DNA of 64,000 nt from the NCBI GenBank assembly GCA_963729715.1, contig CAVSPA010000003.1, positions 64,001 to 128,000 on the forward strand, in the 5' to 3' direction. Positions 38,221-47,792 of the stretch are shown here, one piece after another. Origin of the DNA: an uncultured delta proteobacterium. Lineage in GTDB: Bacteria; Desulfobacterota; Syntrophia; Syntrophales; UBA2185. Each line of letters starts with the position of its first letter. Positions within the stretch are counted from its first letter, which is position 1. The notes beneath the pieces were generated by a model that saw nothing but the letters and a program-made list of their open reading frames with translations, had not been told where the DNA came from and did no database searches. The position numbers were made by a program, and so were the translations under genes.

Positions 38221-38407
38221 GAAACCCTTATTGGACGTGAAGTTTCTCAGGAGAGGAAGTAGGTGAGGGTTTTGAGTTCACATATTTATCCTCAATTTAT
38301 GTGATGGGATCATACCGACGATTACCATTTGAAATGCACATATATATGTCAGGATAAGCGGCAATCCGTGAGTTTATGAAAGCCCCTACCGGAAATCAAC
38401 ATAGAGG

Positions 38408-39001
38408 TCATTTTATAGGAGACCCATCATAAAATAATTCAAAGGATTGTATCCCGTTAAGAAAACTCGGAGCGGTTCTTTGATGGTCCCCCCTGTATAC
38501 GGGTTTAAATTCTAATCTTGAGATTCCGTCTTTCACAAATATGTCAAACTCTCCTGCATATTCGTCTTCCGGAACACCTAAAAATAATTTATGCGGACCT
38601 GTTGCCAAACTTATTTTCTTGTTAAGGATATATCTGGTGCCTCTGCCGCCATCAGGTATCCTTTCACCTTCTTCATCATACGGCGAGGTAACTTCCTCTT
38701 GTCCATCGATCTTCCATACGGCAGCTTGTCCGTCGATATTAAATACGAATGGAAATCGCGGTTTTCCGGAAAATGAATCGTTTGACTCCCATAGATAATA
38801 TCCTGCGGGCAGAGTTTTAATAGACGCTTTAATAATGACATTCGCATGGCCGCCGGGGATCGCCTCGCCATTCTTGATCTCAATAAACACATCCGATCTC
38901 GTACTTAGAGATTTTGCATTTATTTCTTTTAAAGCGCGTCCGCACCCGGGAAGCAGGACTACCAACAAAACAGAGAAAAGAATCATGGATGTTTTCTTCA
39001 T
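38408..39001 (-). CDS. Lipoprotein of unknown function
   Basis: Lipobox LLPGC; 197-aa ORF with RBS. Confidence 0.75.
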   Translation of the reverse strand: MKKTSMILFSVLLVVLLPGCGRALKEINAKSLSTRSDVFIEIKNGEAIPGGHANVIIKASIKTLPAGYYLWESNDSFSGKPRFPFVFNIDGQAAVWKIDGQEEVTSPYDEEGERIPDGGRGTRYILNKKISLATGPHKLFLGVPEDEYAGEFDIFVKDGISRLEFKPVYRGDHQRTAPSFLNGIQSFELFYDGSPIK

Positions 39002-39195
39002 TCTGATGCCCCCGATAACGTTTTCAGATCATGACCATTCTTCTTTCGAAACACTCCAATAATGAGCAGGACTGAAAAAAAGAGTGCACTCAGTGAAGCG
39101 ACTATAACGAGGGCTACAGGCAAATCCCATTTATACGAGGCGACAATTCCAAATGTGCTTGAGACAAGGCCGAGCAGCCACCCGGTAATCAGCAC
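38998..39195 (-). pseudogene. C-terminal relic of a metal ABC permease
   Basis: GWLLGLVSSTFGIVASYKWDLPVALVIV resembles the ZnuB-family last helices (compare YRLDLPVG at 31967-32854). Confidence 0.65.
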
Positions 39196-39196
39196 C

Positions 39197-39472
39197 TTAA
39201 TAGGCTTCCGCGTGAAAAGCCGCCCGGTAAAGAATTACAGAATGTAAACTGCCCTCGTCCATTTGTCCCTGGCTCATTCTTTTCGCTTGTTCGTCAATCC
39301 ACGTACGGACACTTGGCTGAACCTTTGGTGCCAACTTAGCATGAAGCGCCATTGCCTCAGGGGGAATTTCCGCTGGACGAACAGTATTAGCGGCGCACAG
39401 CATGCTCGGTAGCAACGCTAACAGCAACGATAGTAACAGAACACGAGCATTACGTAAGATACACGTTCTCAT
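39197..39472 (-). CDS. Secreted hypothetical protein, probably truncated
   Basis: Signal peptide, RBS GGAGGG; short; abuts the permease relic. Confidence 0.45.
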   Translation of the reverse strand: MRTCILRNARVLLLSLLLALLPSMLCAANTVRPAEIPPEAMALHAKLAPKVQPSVRTWIDEQAKRMSQGQMDEGSLHSVILYRAAFHAEAY

Positions 39473-39852
39473 AGTCGTTCTGCCCTCCTACGGATATTTT
39501 ATTGCATTCAACCTGAGCAAAAACAATTTATCCGGCAAACCATGGTTATTCATGCGCTTCATAGCATCGAGCCCTGCAAGTGTGGCTAGGCATTCTTATT
39601 TATAAGAAATCGCCTTATCATTATTTGATAGTACAAAAGAGAGATTTGCATGTCAACAAGAACAACAACGGGAAATACTGATTTGAATTGAATATCATTT
39701 GACAGGCTTGCCAAATCTCACCCAAGTGAATCTTTTCGCAGGCACAAAATGCATACAAAAATTTACGGCTTCCAGTCAAATTGTGAAAACTATCGGAGGC
39801 ACCGTGAGCAAGTCAATTTATTACTTGATATGTGCGAGATGATCTATATTAA

Positions 39853-40323
39853 TTATTCTGGATACACTTTTTTTAGAAAGTCTGTCATTATAATCACCAC
39901 TGCATTCTGATTATCAGACATGCTCATCTTTGCCTGGGTGCTCACTCTGAATAATTTCACGGGTTCCAATTTTATTGAAATCGAATCAGCGTCAGAAGCG
40001 AAAGTTATTGATGCCTTACTGGGGGAAATGCCGGGTGTTCTTTTTTCGATGTCTGTTGTTAATTTTATTTCCTTTGTGCCTGTTATTCCGGTACGACCAT
40101 CTGTATAGGGAACCTTTTGGATAGTGCACTCATAAGATTTGTCCTTCAGGACAGTTGCAACTTGTGCCAATACTGGATGGATTATATCTTCCACAAATTT
40201 TTCCCATTCTTTGCTTAATTCTTCTTTCTCTCTTTTCCTTATTTCGTCAGCTTCTTCTTTAGATTTCGTTTCCTCCGCTTCTCTTTTATCATGCTGATTA
40301 ATGATGTCCTTAACCCAGTTCAT
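39853..40323 (-). CDS. Hypothetical protein
   Basis: RBS GGAGG before ATG 40323; charged N-terminal helix. Confidence 0.65.
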   Translation of the reverse strand: MNWVKDIINQHDKREAEETKSKEEADEIRKREKEELSKEWEKFVEDIIHPVLAQVATVLKDKSYECTIQKVPYTDGRTGITGTKEIKLTTDIEKRTPGISPSKASITFASDADSISIKLEPVKLFRVSTQAKMSMSDNQNAVVIIMTDFLKKVYPE

Positions 40324-40500
40324 AGTTTGACCTCCCGGCATCTTGATAAAGGAAAAGAAAGAAATATCCCTGAATGGCATAGTGCAGCGTCTTCATCTTC
40401 AACAAGCCCTTCCATTTTAGTCTCATTAGAAAGACGTTCTTCAGTAGTCAATACTGTCCGACCTTTTGAAATCCCTTAATCTCTTTTCGCAATCCTGTGT

Positions 40501-40923
40501 TTATACTTTGGCCTTTTTCTTATCCAGGGCGGCATTGAATTTTTCTGCATTTATCACGAATCTTTCGTGAGTCGCCTCGGATATCTTTTCCACATCGTCG
40601 TATGCTTCCATGAAAAACGTCAGTTTGCGTCCTTCCATCTTTTCCAGTTTCCCTTTGACGGTGATCGTCATTCCCGCAGGAGTGGCTGCTGTATGGGTCA
40701 TATTAATGCCGACACCAACGCTCTGTTCATTCGGCCAGTCGAGATGAGGGTTCGTGGCCTTGATACAGGAAAATTCAAAGAGCGCTAAAAGAAAGCCCGT
40801 CGCAAAGACCTTGGGCATGATATGCCCCTCACTGAATTCCGGATAAATATAGGGCACGGTCTTGTTCTCCGGAACCTTGTACTTGAACTCCACGGTCAGT
40901 CCGGGCTGCAAGGAATCTTTCAT
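40501..40923 (-). CDS. Fluoroacetyl-CoA thioesterase-like (FlK) hotdog thioesterase
   Basis: VFATGFLLALFE, SVGVGINMTHTAATPAG, HERFVI. Confidence 0.88.
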   Translation of the reverse strand: MKDSLQPGLTVEFKYKVPENKTVPYIYPEFSEGHIMPKVFATGFLLALFEFSCIKATNPHLDWPNEQSVGVGINMTHTAATPAGMTITVKGKLEKMEGRKLTFFMEAYDDVEKISEATHERFVINAEKFNAALDKKKAKV

Positions 40924-41100
40924 GGCAAACCTCCATTTTGAAATTTAAACGGCATTGCCCGCAATAAAGCGAAATTTTCCCAAGAAGTCAAACATAAAAA
41001 ATAGCCGCTCCTAGGCCATTATGTGGTAATCGGAAGTGGCAAAGACCGGCCGGAAGTGCTATTAATAATCAAGTGCGCCGGATTGCCAATGAGGAACTCT

Positions 41101-41358
41101 ATGGACGATCATACTGCCTTGAGTCAACTTGAAGGACTGGCATATATGCTCGGCATTCCCGTACGCTATGAAAAAATCGCGGAGGAAGATGTGGCGAATG
41201 CGGGCGGTCTCTGCCGGTTAAAGGGAGAAAGCGTCATAATTGTCAATTCCAGAGCACCCCTGAAAGATAAAATCCAGACCCTCACAAAGGCCCTGAAGAA
41301 TTTTGACCTCCATGATGTCTACGTACGGCCCGCTGTAAGAGAGTTATTGGAAAGATAG
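41101..41358 (+). CDS. Conserved hypothetical protein
   Basis: LGIPVRYE..GGLCRLKG..VYVRPAVRELL pattern. Confidence 0.7.
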   Translation: MDDHTALSQLEGLAYMLGIPVRYEKIAEEDVANAGGLCRLKGESVIIVNSRAPLKDKIQTLTKALKNFDLHDVYVRPAVRELLER

Positions 41359-41733
41359 GCATTCACATATTTCATGTTAGCAAAGTACATGATCAACCTC
41401 TGATGCATTAACACATCCCCTGTCATCCATTCTTTTTTTCAAAATTAAACCCAATAATCACCTGCATGGCAGTCTCGCAATAATCATAGAAGGTCCCGCG
41501 TCCAACATTTAACCCTTACGTCGTTAAGGAGTTTAGAACAGGAAAATCAGAAAATGACCAATGGATGTTTGCATGGTCTTGTAATATGGTAATAAAAAAT
41601 AAATGTTTACAGCGAGTCTGCAGATCTTTCTTGAATTCGGTAGCGAGCGCATTCCTCGTAGCTTGCGGAAAGCTTCAATAAACGGCAGTATGAATTAGCA
41701 AGAGACGTGACTATCCTAAGAGGGGGATGCAAC

Positions 41734-42108
41734 ATGCAGAAGGCGGGTCAAAAAGCGGAAGTCAGAAGTTTCAATAAGCCCGATGAAATAAGAACTTTTC
41801 CGAAGGAAAAGCTGGAACTGTTAAAAATCGGTGGCGCAACAATCGGACGCGCCACATTCGAACCGGGATGGAAATGGTCCACCTCTGTGCAGCCGCTTGT
41901 AAAGACAAAGAGCTGCGAAGCGCCGCACTTTCAGTATCATCTCTCGGGAACCATCAAGATTGTGATGGACGCCGGAGCGCAATTTGAGTGCAGGGCCGGC
42001 GATGTATCGTTATTGCCCATGGGTCACGAGGCATGGGTGGTGGGCAATGAACCCGTCGTGGTTGTGGATTTTCAAGGCATGATAGACTATGCAAAGGTAT
42101 CCTCATAA
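41734..42108 (+). CDS. Cupin-domain protein
   Basis: FEPGWKWS, SCEAPHFQY, GHEAWVVG. Confidence 0.88.
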   Translation: MQKAGQKAEVRSFNKPDEIRTFPKEKLELLKIGGATIGRATFEPGWKWSTSVQPLVKTKSCEAPHFQYHLSGTIKIVMDAGAQFECRAGDVSLLPMGHEAWVVGNEPVVVVDFQGMIDYAKVSS

Positions 42109-42395
42109 GATCAAATACGCCGGCAGAATTTTCGACCTCCTTCGGTCGTTTCTGCCTGAAAGAGATATAGGCGGATTTAGCCATCCGTTGATGGGGAGCT
42201 GCCGGAAACCCGATGTGTTCATCTGCCCTATCCCCAGGAAAGGGCTTGATGCCAAAGTTAAGTTTCAATTTATCCGGCTTGTGCCATTTTCCGAGGTTCT
42301 CTTCGGGATGGGGAATCAAAAGGCCGCGGACGGATTAAGAGGAATATAAAGGGGCGCACCCGCGGCAGTAGAGTTCCAGGTAAAGGGGTAAAACC

Positions 42396-42833
42396 TTGGC
42401 TGACAATATGCCCGATATACTACTCGTAGACGACGACAGATACGCTGTGGAGTTTATACTTGAGGCCCTCACGAAGCGTGACCTCAGCTACAGGCTCAAA
42501 GTTTTTAGAGATGGCGGGGAAGTCCTGAATTATCTATTTCCGGCCGAGGCGATTAACCCTCGCGATTCATATGAACTGCCCAAGGTGATCGTCCTGGATC
42601 TGAGACTGCCCAAGGTTAGCGGGTTTGAGGTTCTCCGGAAAATCAGATCCAATGAGGAAACGAAGATGATACCAGTCGTAGTTTTCACATCATCCACTGA
42701 AGACAGAGACAGGGTGGAGAGCTACAGGCTGGGAGCAAACAGCTACATTGTAAAACCTTTTGAGTATGAGAACTTCGTCAATACTGCCGCTGAAATAGGC
42801 CTGTATTGGACGTCGCAGAATATACCCCCCTGA
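42396..42833 (+). CDS. Single-domain response regulator (CheY/Rcp1-like)
   Basis: ILLVDDD, LDLRLPKVSG, FTSS, GANSYIVKP. Confidence 0.92.
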   Translation: MADNMPDILLVDDDRYAVEFILEALTKRDLSYRLKVFRDGGEVLNYLFPAEAINPRDSYELPKVIVLDLRLPKVSGFEVLRKIRSNEETKMIPVVVFTSSTEDRDRVESYRLGANSYIVKPFEYENFVNTAAEIGLYWTSQNIPP

Positions 42834-42906
42834 TGAAAACGGACAATAACGAGGCGGCGTTCCCTAAGCCGTTTATCTTCCTCGTGTCTTAAAGTCCTTC
42901 TTTGAC

Positions 42907-43536
42907 CTAAGCAAACCTTGGTCCGATTCCTATTTCAAAATCCATCTCCTCTGCGGGGTATGGCTTCAAGATGGAGAGCAGCATGGCTCTGTCTTCGATA
43001 CCATCGCTCATCCATGTCTGCTCATGTTTCTTTGGCACGATTGCGGGCATCCGGTCATGAACGGGCGCTATCAATTTATTCGCTTCCGTCGTGATGATTG
43101 TGCAGGATCTAATCTCCCTTTTGTCAGGTGAAGTCCACGTCTCATAGAGACCGGCAAGGCCGAAAGGCTCTCTTGACTTCAGGTGGAAATATAACGGGGT
43201 CTTCTTTGCGCCATCTTTTTTCCACTCATAAAAACCGTCGGCAACTATGAGGCACCGTCTTTTTGAAAAAGCGTTCCTGAAGCTCGGCTTTACGTCGATA
43301 GTTTCTGCCCTCGCATTGATGAGCTTATTCCCTATGGAAGGGTCTTTAGCCGTTGACGGGATGAGTCCCCAGAGAAACGGCACCAGATAGTTCCGGCCCT
43401 CTCGGCTGATAACGGCGCCGATATGCCGGCCCGGAGATACATTCCAGTCCGGCTTGAAATCATAATAGCCATCCTGGACAGCGAATTTTTCCGCGATGGC
43501 CGCTGCCTCGGAAACCAGAGCAAACCTGCCACACAT
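42907..43536 (-). CDS. SOS response-associated peptidase (SRAP/YedK)
   Basis: Starts MCGRF; NARAET, RRCLIVADGFYEW, HDRMP. Confidence 0.95.
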   Translation of the reverse strand: MCGRFALVSEAAAIAEKFAVQDGYYDFKPDWNVSPGRHIGAVISREGRNYLVPFLWGLIPSTAKDPSIGNKLINARAETIDVKPSFRNAFSKRRCLIVADGFYEWKKDGAKKTPLYFHLKSREPFGLAGLYETWTSPDKREIRSCTIITTEANKLIAPVHDRMPAIVPKKHEQTWMSDGIEDRAMLLSILKPYPAEEMDFEIGIGPRFA

Positions 43537-43601
43537 ATTGAACTTCTCCAAATAGAAAAATTATAGCAGATAACAATTTCGGCGGATACGCAAATTTTTC
43601 C

Positions 43602-43630
43602 TTGACAATAGAACGATTGTTCTATATATG
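43602..43630 (+). promoter_or_regulatory. lexA promoter with an SOS box
   Basis: TTGACA (43602) - ATAGAAC-GATT-GTTCTAT palindrome - TATATG at 17-bp spacing. Confidence 0.75.
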
Positions 43631-43636
43631 GCAGTT

Positions 43637-44224
43637 ATGGAGAAAAAGAGAGGGGTCAAGGCAGTCGAAAAAGAAATCCAGTCCTTCTGTAGCGGAAAGA
43701 GGAGAATGCCCACATATAAAGAGATGCTCGACCTTCTCGGGGTCCGGTCGAAGAGCGTCGTCCACTATTGGATGGAGAAGCTTTGCGCCCAAGGCGCCCT
43801 CGCGAGAGATGCAAAGAGATTTCTTAAGCTTGTGAGGCCGGCTCCCTGTATCCCCGTGGCCGGAGCCGTAGCTGCCGGGTATCCGTCAGCTGCCGAGGAG
43901 GAGCTTCGGGACATTGTCTCCATCGATGAGTATCTTATAACCCGGCCGGAATCTTCCTTCCTTGTCAAAGTAAACGGGGATTCAATGACCGGCGCGGGCA
44001 TCATGGACGGCGACATGGTAATCGTGGAGAAGGGGAGGGAACCGGAAAATGGGGACATTGTCCTTGCGGAAGCTGATGGGGAGTGGACCATGAAGTATTT
44101 CGTGAGTAAGGGAAAAGAGATTGTTCTTGAGGCGGCAAACCCGAAATACCCGACCATCAGGCCAAAGAATGAACTGCGGCTGGGCGGCATCGTCATGGCC
44201 GTCATAAGAAAATATCACCTTTAG
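43637..44224 (+). CDS. lexA: LexA-family repressor (S24 peptidase)
   Basis: N-terminal HTH (PTYKEMLDLLGVRSKSVVH), cleavage VAAG, catalytic GDSM and TMKY. Confidence 0.85.
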   Translation: MEKKRGVKAVEKEIQSFCSGKRRMPTYKEMLDLLGVRSKSVVHYWMEKLCAQGALARDAKRFLKLVRPAPCIPVAGAVAAGYPSAAEEELRDIVSIDEYLITRPESSFLVKVNGDSMTGAGIMDGDMVIVEKGREPENGDIVLAEADGEWTMKYFVSKGKEIVLEAANPKYPTIRPKNELRLGGIVMAVIRKYHL

Positions 44225-44239
44225 CAGGAACTAATAAGA

Positions 44240-44491
44240 ATGAACGCAAGCTCGAATTATAAAAGACAGGCAAATGCAGATATCCCGGCGTATATGCGGC
44301 GGATGGGGAAGGCAAGATATGTTTCACCGCCTGCGGGGTTCATTACGCGGGTCAGACGCTTCGTAGTGGATACCAACTGGGATCAGGATCTTTGGGGATT
44401 GGAGAAATGGATAGACCTCTTTTCTTGGACTGTTATCGCATCTTCCCTCCTCTTTCTTATCACTGTAACCATGTCTGTATTTGGGAAGTGA
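44240..44491 (+). CDS. Small hypothetical membrane protein
   Basis: RBS, C-terminal TM helix, directly after lexA. Confidence 0.55.
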   Translation: MNASSNYKRQANADIPAYMRRMGKARYVSPPAGFITRVRRFVVDTNWDQDLWGLEKWIDLFSWTVIASSLLFLITVTMSVFGK

Positions 44492-44554
44492 GAGAGGAGA
44501 AGTTTTTTGGATGTTCCTCAGATGCGGCGATCATAACGAATGGAGATTGGCGCA

Positions 44555-45165
44555 TCACAGCTTATGGTGGCTGATAATGTGTACTCCTCTTTCGGTCATG
44601 TGCTGCAGAGCGTTCTTGATATTGTCCGCAGGGAAATCGATGCCTCTTGTCGCATCGATGATGACATACACGTTGAAACCGAGATTCCTGGCATCGATAG
44701 CGCTGAAATAGACGCAGTAATCGGTGGCAAGGCCCGATAGATATTCTCTATCTCTAATCCCTTGAGATAATAATGGAGCCCTGTCATTGTCTTCTTGTCA
44801 TTTTCAAGGAAGGTGGAATAGGAATCTATCTCCGGGTTGCTGCCCTTCCGGATTATCAGGTCAACTGGCCGCGTGTCGAGGTCCTTATGGAATTCCGCTC
44901 CCCATGTGCCGGGAACGCAGTGTACCGGCCAGAGCACCTGCTCTACCCCCTTCAGACGGATGATATCATATTCCTTCAACCTGTGCTGCACGGCAAAGGA
45001 CATATGATTTTTCGGATGCCAGTCCTGAGTGGCGACTACCTTGTCGAAGCGCGAGGAGATCCTGTTGATGGCGGGGATTATCGCATCGCCGTCCGGAACG
45101 GCGAGGGCCCCGTCGGGACAAAAATCGTTCTGCACATCAACAATAAGCAACGCCTTTTTCTCCAT
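44555..45165 (-). pseudogene. pncA: Nicotinamidase/pyrazinamidase with a frameshift near 44735
   Basis: LLIVDVQNDFCP, TQDWHP, LWPVHCV in frame 1; GLATDYCVYFSAIDA...HIISHHKL* continues in another frame. Confidence 0.88.
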
Positions 45166-45179
45166 TCCTGACAGCCTCC

Positions 45180-46184
45180 TCACCATTTGCCTTCTACCGG
45201 CGTCGCGCAGAACTCACATTTCCCTTCCTTCACGTGGGATTCATTGACGGTAAAATAGGTCCGCTTTGCAAGGAGGGCATGGCAGTTACAACAATACGTA
45301 TCCGATTCTTCATTGACGTTCCCCATGTAGACGTAACGGAGCCCGTGTTTTTCTCCTATGGCCTTCGCCTTTCTGAGAACACTTAAGGAAGTGGGCTCAT
45401 GGGCGTCGAACTTGTAATCCGGATGAAACCTGCTGATGTGCCATGGGATCTCTTTTCCGGTCTCGGCAATGAAGGCGGCAATCGCGTTGAGCTCCTCCTC
45501 TGAGTCGTTCTCACCGGGGATGAGGAGCGTCGTAACCTCAACCCAGATGCCAAGTTTTTTCATGAGTCTTATGGAGTCGAGGACAGGCTGAAGGCCTCCG
45601 GAGCAGACCTTTTTGTAAAAATCATCCCGGAAGCTTTTTAAATCGCAATTGGCGGCGTCGAGGACGGGATGAATTGTTTCGAGAGCTTCTTTGGTCATGA
45701 AGCCGTTGGTGACAAAGACGTTAAAGAGGCCGTTCTTTTTCGCAAGCCGGGAGATATCATAGGCATATTCAAAAAAAATTGTCGGCTCCGTGTACGTATA
45801 GGATATGGATCTGCAGCCGTTTTCGAGCGCGCCTCTGACGATATCCTCAGGCTTCGTTTCCTGGCCCGCGAAATCGCCTTTTTTTATGGAAAGCTGCGAT
45901 ATCTGCCAGTTCTGGCAGAAGCCGCACCTGAAATTGCAGCCTATGGTCGCAATGGAAAAGGATCGCGATCCCGGGAGGAAATGGTAAAGCGGTTTTTTCT
46001 CGATGGGATCTATATGGGAGGCGATGATGTTTCCGTAGGCATAAGTGTAGAGCTTCCCCTCCTCATGCCGGCGCACACCGCAAAAACCGAATTTGCTTTC
46101 GGAAATCTTACAGTGATGGTTGCAGAGAAAACAATGAAGAACTCCCTCCTTATATTCTTCATAAAACATTGCTTCTTTTTTCAT
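45180..46184 (-). CDS. amrS: AmmeMemoRadiSam system radical SAM enzyme
   Basis: CFLCNHHC, GFCGVR, DPIEKKPLYHFLPG, GCNFRCGFCQNWQISQ, YTYTEP. Confidence 0.93.
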   Translation of the reverse strand: MKKEAMFYEEYKEGVLHCFLCNHHCKISESKFGFCGVRRHEEGKLYTYAYGNIIASHIDPIEKKPLYHFLPGSRSFSIATIGCNFRCGFCQNWQISQLSIKKGDFAGQETKPEDIVRGALENGCRSISYTYTEPTIFFEYAYDISRLAKKNGLFNVFVTNGFMTKEALETIHPVLDAANCDLKSFRDDFYKKVCSGGLQPVLDSIRLMKKLGIWVEVTTLLIPGENDSEEELNAIAAFIAETGKEIPWHISRFHPDYKFDAHEPTSLSVLRKAKAIGEKHGLRYVYMGNVNEESDTYCCNCHALLAKRTYFTVNESHVKEGKCEFCATPVEGKW

Positions 46185-46393
46185 GTTCCGCTTCCTCACT
46201 TTTTCCGGTTTGAGGAAAATCTCTACGGGAGATATATTTGATCTATTCGTGGCGCTCGGACAGGCATGAGCGCTTACTAACCCGGTGGACTAACTATAGA
46301 AAATAATGTTCTTCTCTGTCAAGAACAAAGGGAACAAAGGGTCGCGGAGGCAGGTTTCGCCCCTTCGCATGCATCGCGGGGAACAATCTCTTG

Positions 46394-46440
46394 TATGAGT
46401 TTTTACCTACCATTAAACTGCTATTTAACCATCATTGCCT
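46394..46440 (+). promoter_or_regulatory. Recurrent promoter motif, copy A (upstream of usp)
   Basis: TATGAG-N7-CTACCA-N5-CTGCTA-N11-TTGCCT. Confidence 0.6.
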
Positions 46441-46600
46441 TCTGCCATCAACTACACTAACTCTTACAACATGATATTGAGCTCTTTTAGTGCAAAAGAA
46501 TATCTTTAGAAAGAGTTATCTTCTTGCAGTCCATGGCGCTCTTATTGGACATCTGGCAAAGGCCTTCAACTCCGGCAATAAAGAGAAAGGAGGCATCCTT

Positions 46601-47022
46601 ATGTTTGAACCTAAGAGAATATTGGTGGCGACGGATTTTTCCAGATATTCGGACAAGGCATTAAGAATAGCAGTCGATATGGCAATGGAGTATAAGACAC
46701 ATATTTACCTTCTCCATGTCATCAGTGAGGCGGTGTATGACTGCGGCAACGATTATTGTCTCAGCGATGCGGATCTTGCGAAGATTGAGAAATACGGTTT
46801 GAAGACCTCAACGAATAAGCTGCATGCGGGGTAAATATAACCTTTGACATAAAGAGGGGACGTCCCTTCGAGATGATATTGAATGAGCAAAGGAAAAAGA
46901 ATATTGATCCCATCGTTGTTGCCTTCCACGGCAGGACGGGGGTCATGAAGTATCTCATAGGAAGCGTAGCAGAAAAGGTCCTGAGGGGCGCTAAGTGTCC
47001 CGTGCTGCTCGTCAAGTCCTGA
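46601..47022 (+). pseudogene. Universal stress protein, interrupted by a deletion/frameshift near 46825
   Basis: KRILVATDFS...LLHVI then, in another frame, GRPFEMIL...HGRTG..YLIGSVAEKVLRGAKCPVLLV*. Confidence 0.88.
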
Positions 47023-47134
47023 CGGACGGCTGAAAATAAAAGGGTTGATCAGTGAGGTTCCGGAGGGGGATGGTCCTGCCTCTTGGCCTTATACAAATTT
47101 TTGTACTAAATAAAGAACATTGAGGGAGGTAGTC

Positions 47135-47593
47135 ATGAGCAAGAAAGTCATCGATTTATTGAACGCCGCGAGATCAAGAGAGCTTACCGCGATTACTCAG
47201 TACATGGCCCAGCACTATGAATTGGAAGACAAAGATTTCGGCAAGCTCGCCAAGAAGATGAAAGAGATTGCCATACAAGAGATGAAGCATGCCGAAGCGC
47301 TGGCGGAAAGGATTCTGTTCCTGAAGGGTGTACCCACTACGAAGCCGGATTCGGAAATCCAGAAAGGCCAGGATATTGAGGCAATGCTGGCCACGAATGT
47401 CAAGCTCGAAAGCTACGCGGTCAAGATGTACAACGAAGCCGCCCTCGTTTGCGCGACTGAAAAAGATCAGATCTCCAAACAGCTCTTCGAAAAGCTTCTC
47501 GGTGAGGAAGAGGACCACCTCAACTTCTTCGAGAATACCGAAGACCACGTGGAAAAGCTCGGCGCGGCTTTCATGGTGACTTTGGCTGATTAA
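47135..47593 (+). CDS. bfr: Bacterioferritin
   Basis: ELTAITQYM, QEMKHAE, EEEDH di-iron ligands. Confidence 0.9.
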   Translation: MSKKVIDLLNAARSRELTAITQYMAQHYELEDKDFGKLAKKMKEIAIQEMKHAEALAERILFLKGVPTTKPDSEIQKGQDIEAMLATNVKLESYAVKMYNEAALVCATEKDQISKQLFEKLLGEEEDHLNFFENTEDHVEKLGAAFMVTLAD

Positions 47594-47792
47594 TCTCGAA
47601 GGCAAACTGCATTCTTAGAAGAACAGTATTCACGGATATTATCCCTGCATGAATCCAGTGGTATGTCCGTTCGTCTACCGGTATCAGATAGGACTAAAGT
47701 GCTGCACCGTGAGAGTGATTGCGTGGTCATCGCGAGGCATGCAGTGACGAATCAATCTCATCCAATCTGTGTTCCTGTCACAGGGGGAATTC

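Larger units (their letters stand above)
36611..38253 (+). mobile_element. IS110-family insertion sequence; ends inferred from the AG core and bridge-RNA guide matches
   Basis: DEDD recombinase; AG at 36611-36612 and 38252-38253; internal TCAGGAG (36750) matches the right end. Confidence 0.75.

Noticed and set aside
36609..38263. AAGTAGG on both sides of the IS110 as a target-site duplication
   Set aside because: IS110 elements do not normally make TSDs; the guide matches favour an AG core with ends at 36611 and 38253
42108..42350. Short ORFs on both strands between the cupin and receiver genes
   Set aside because: Probably a gene relic, but no family could be recognised
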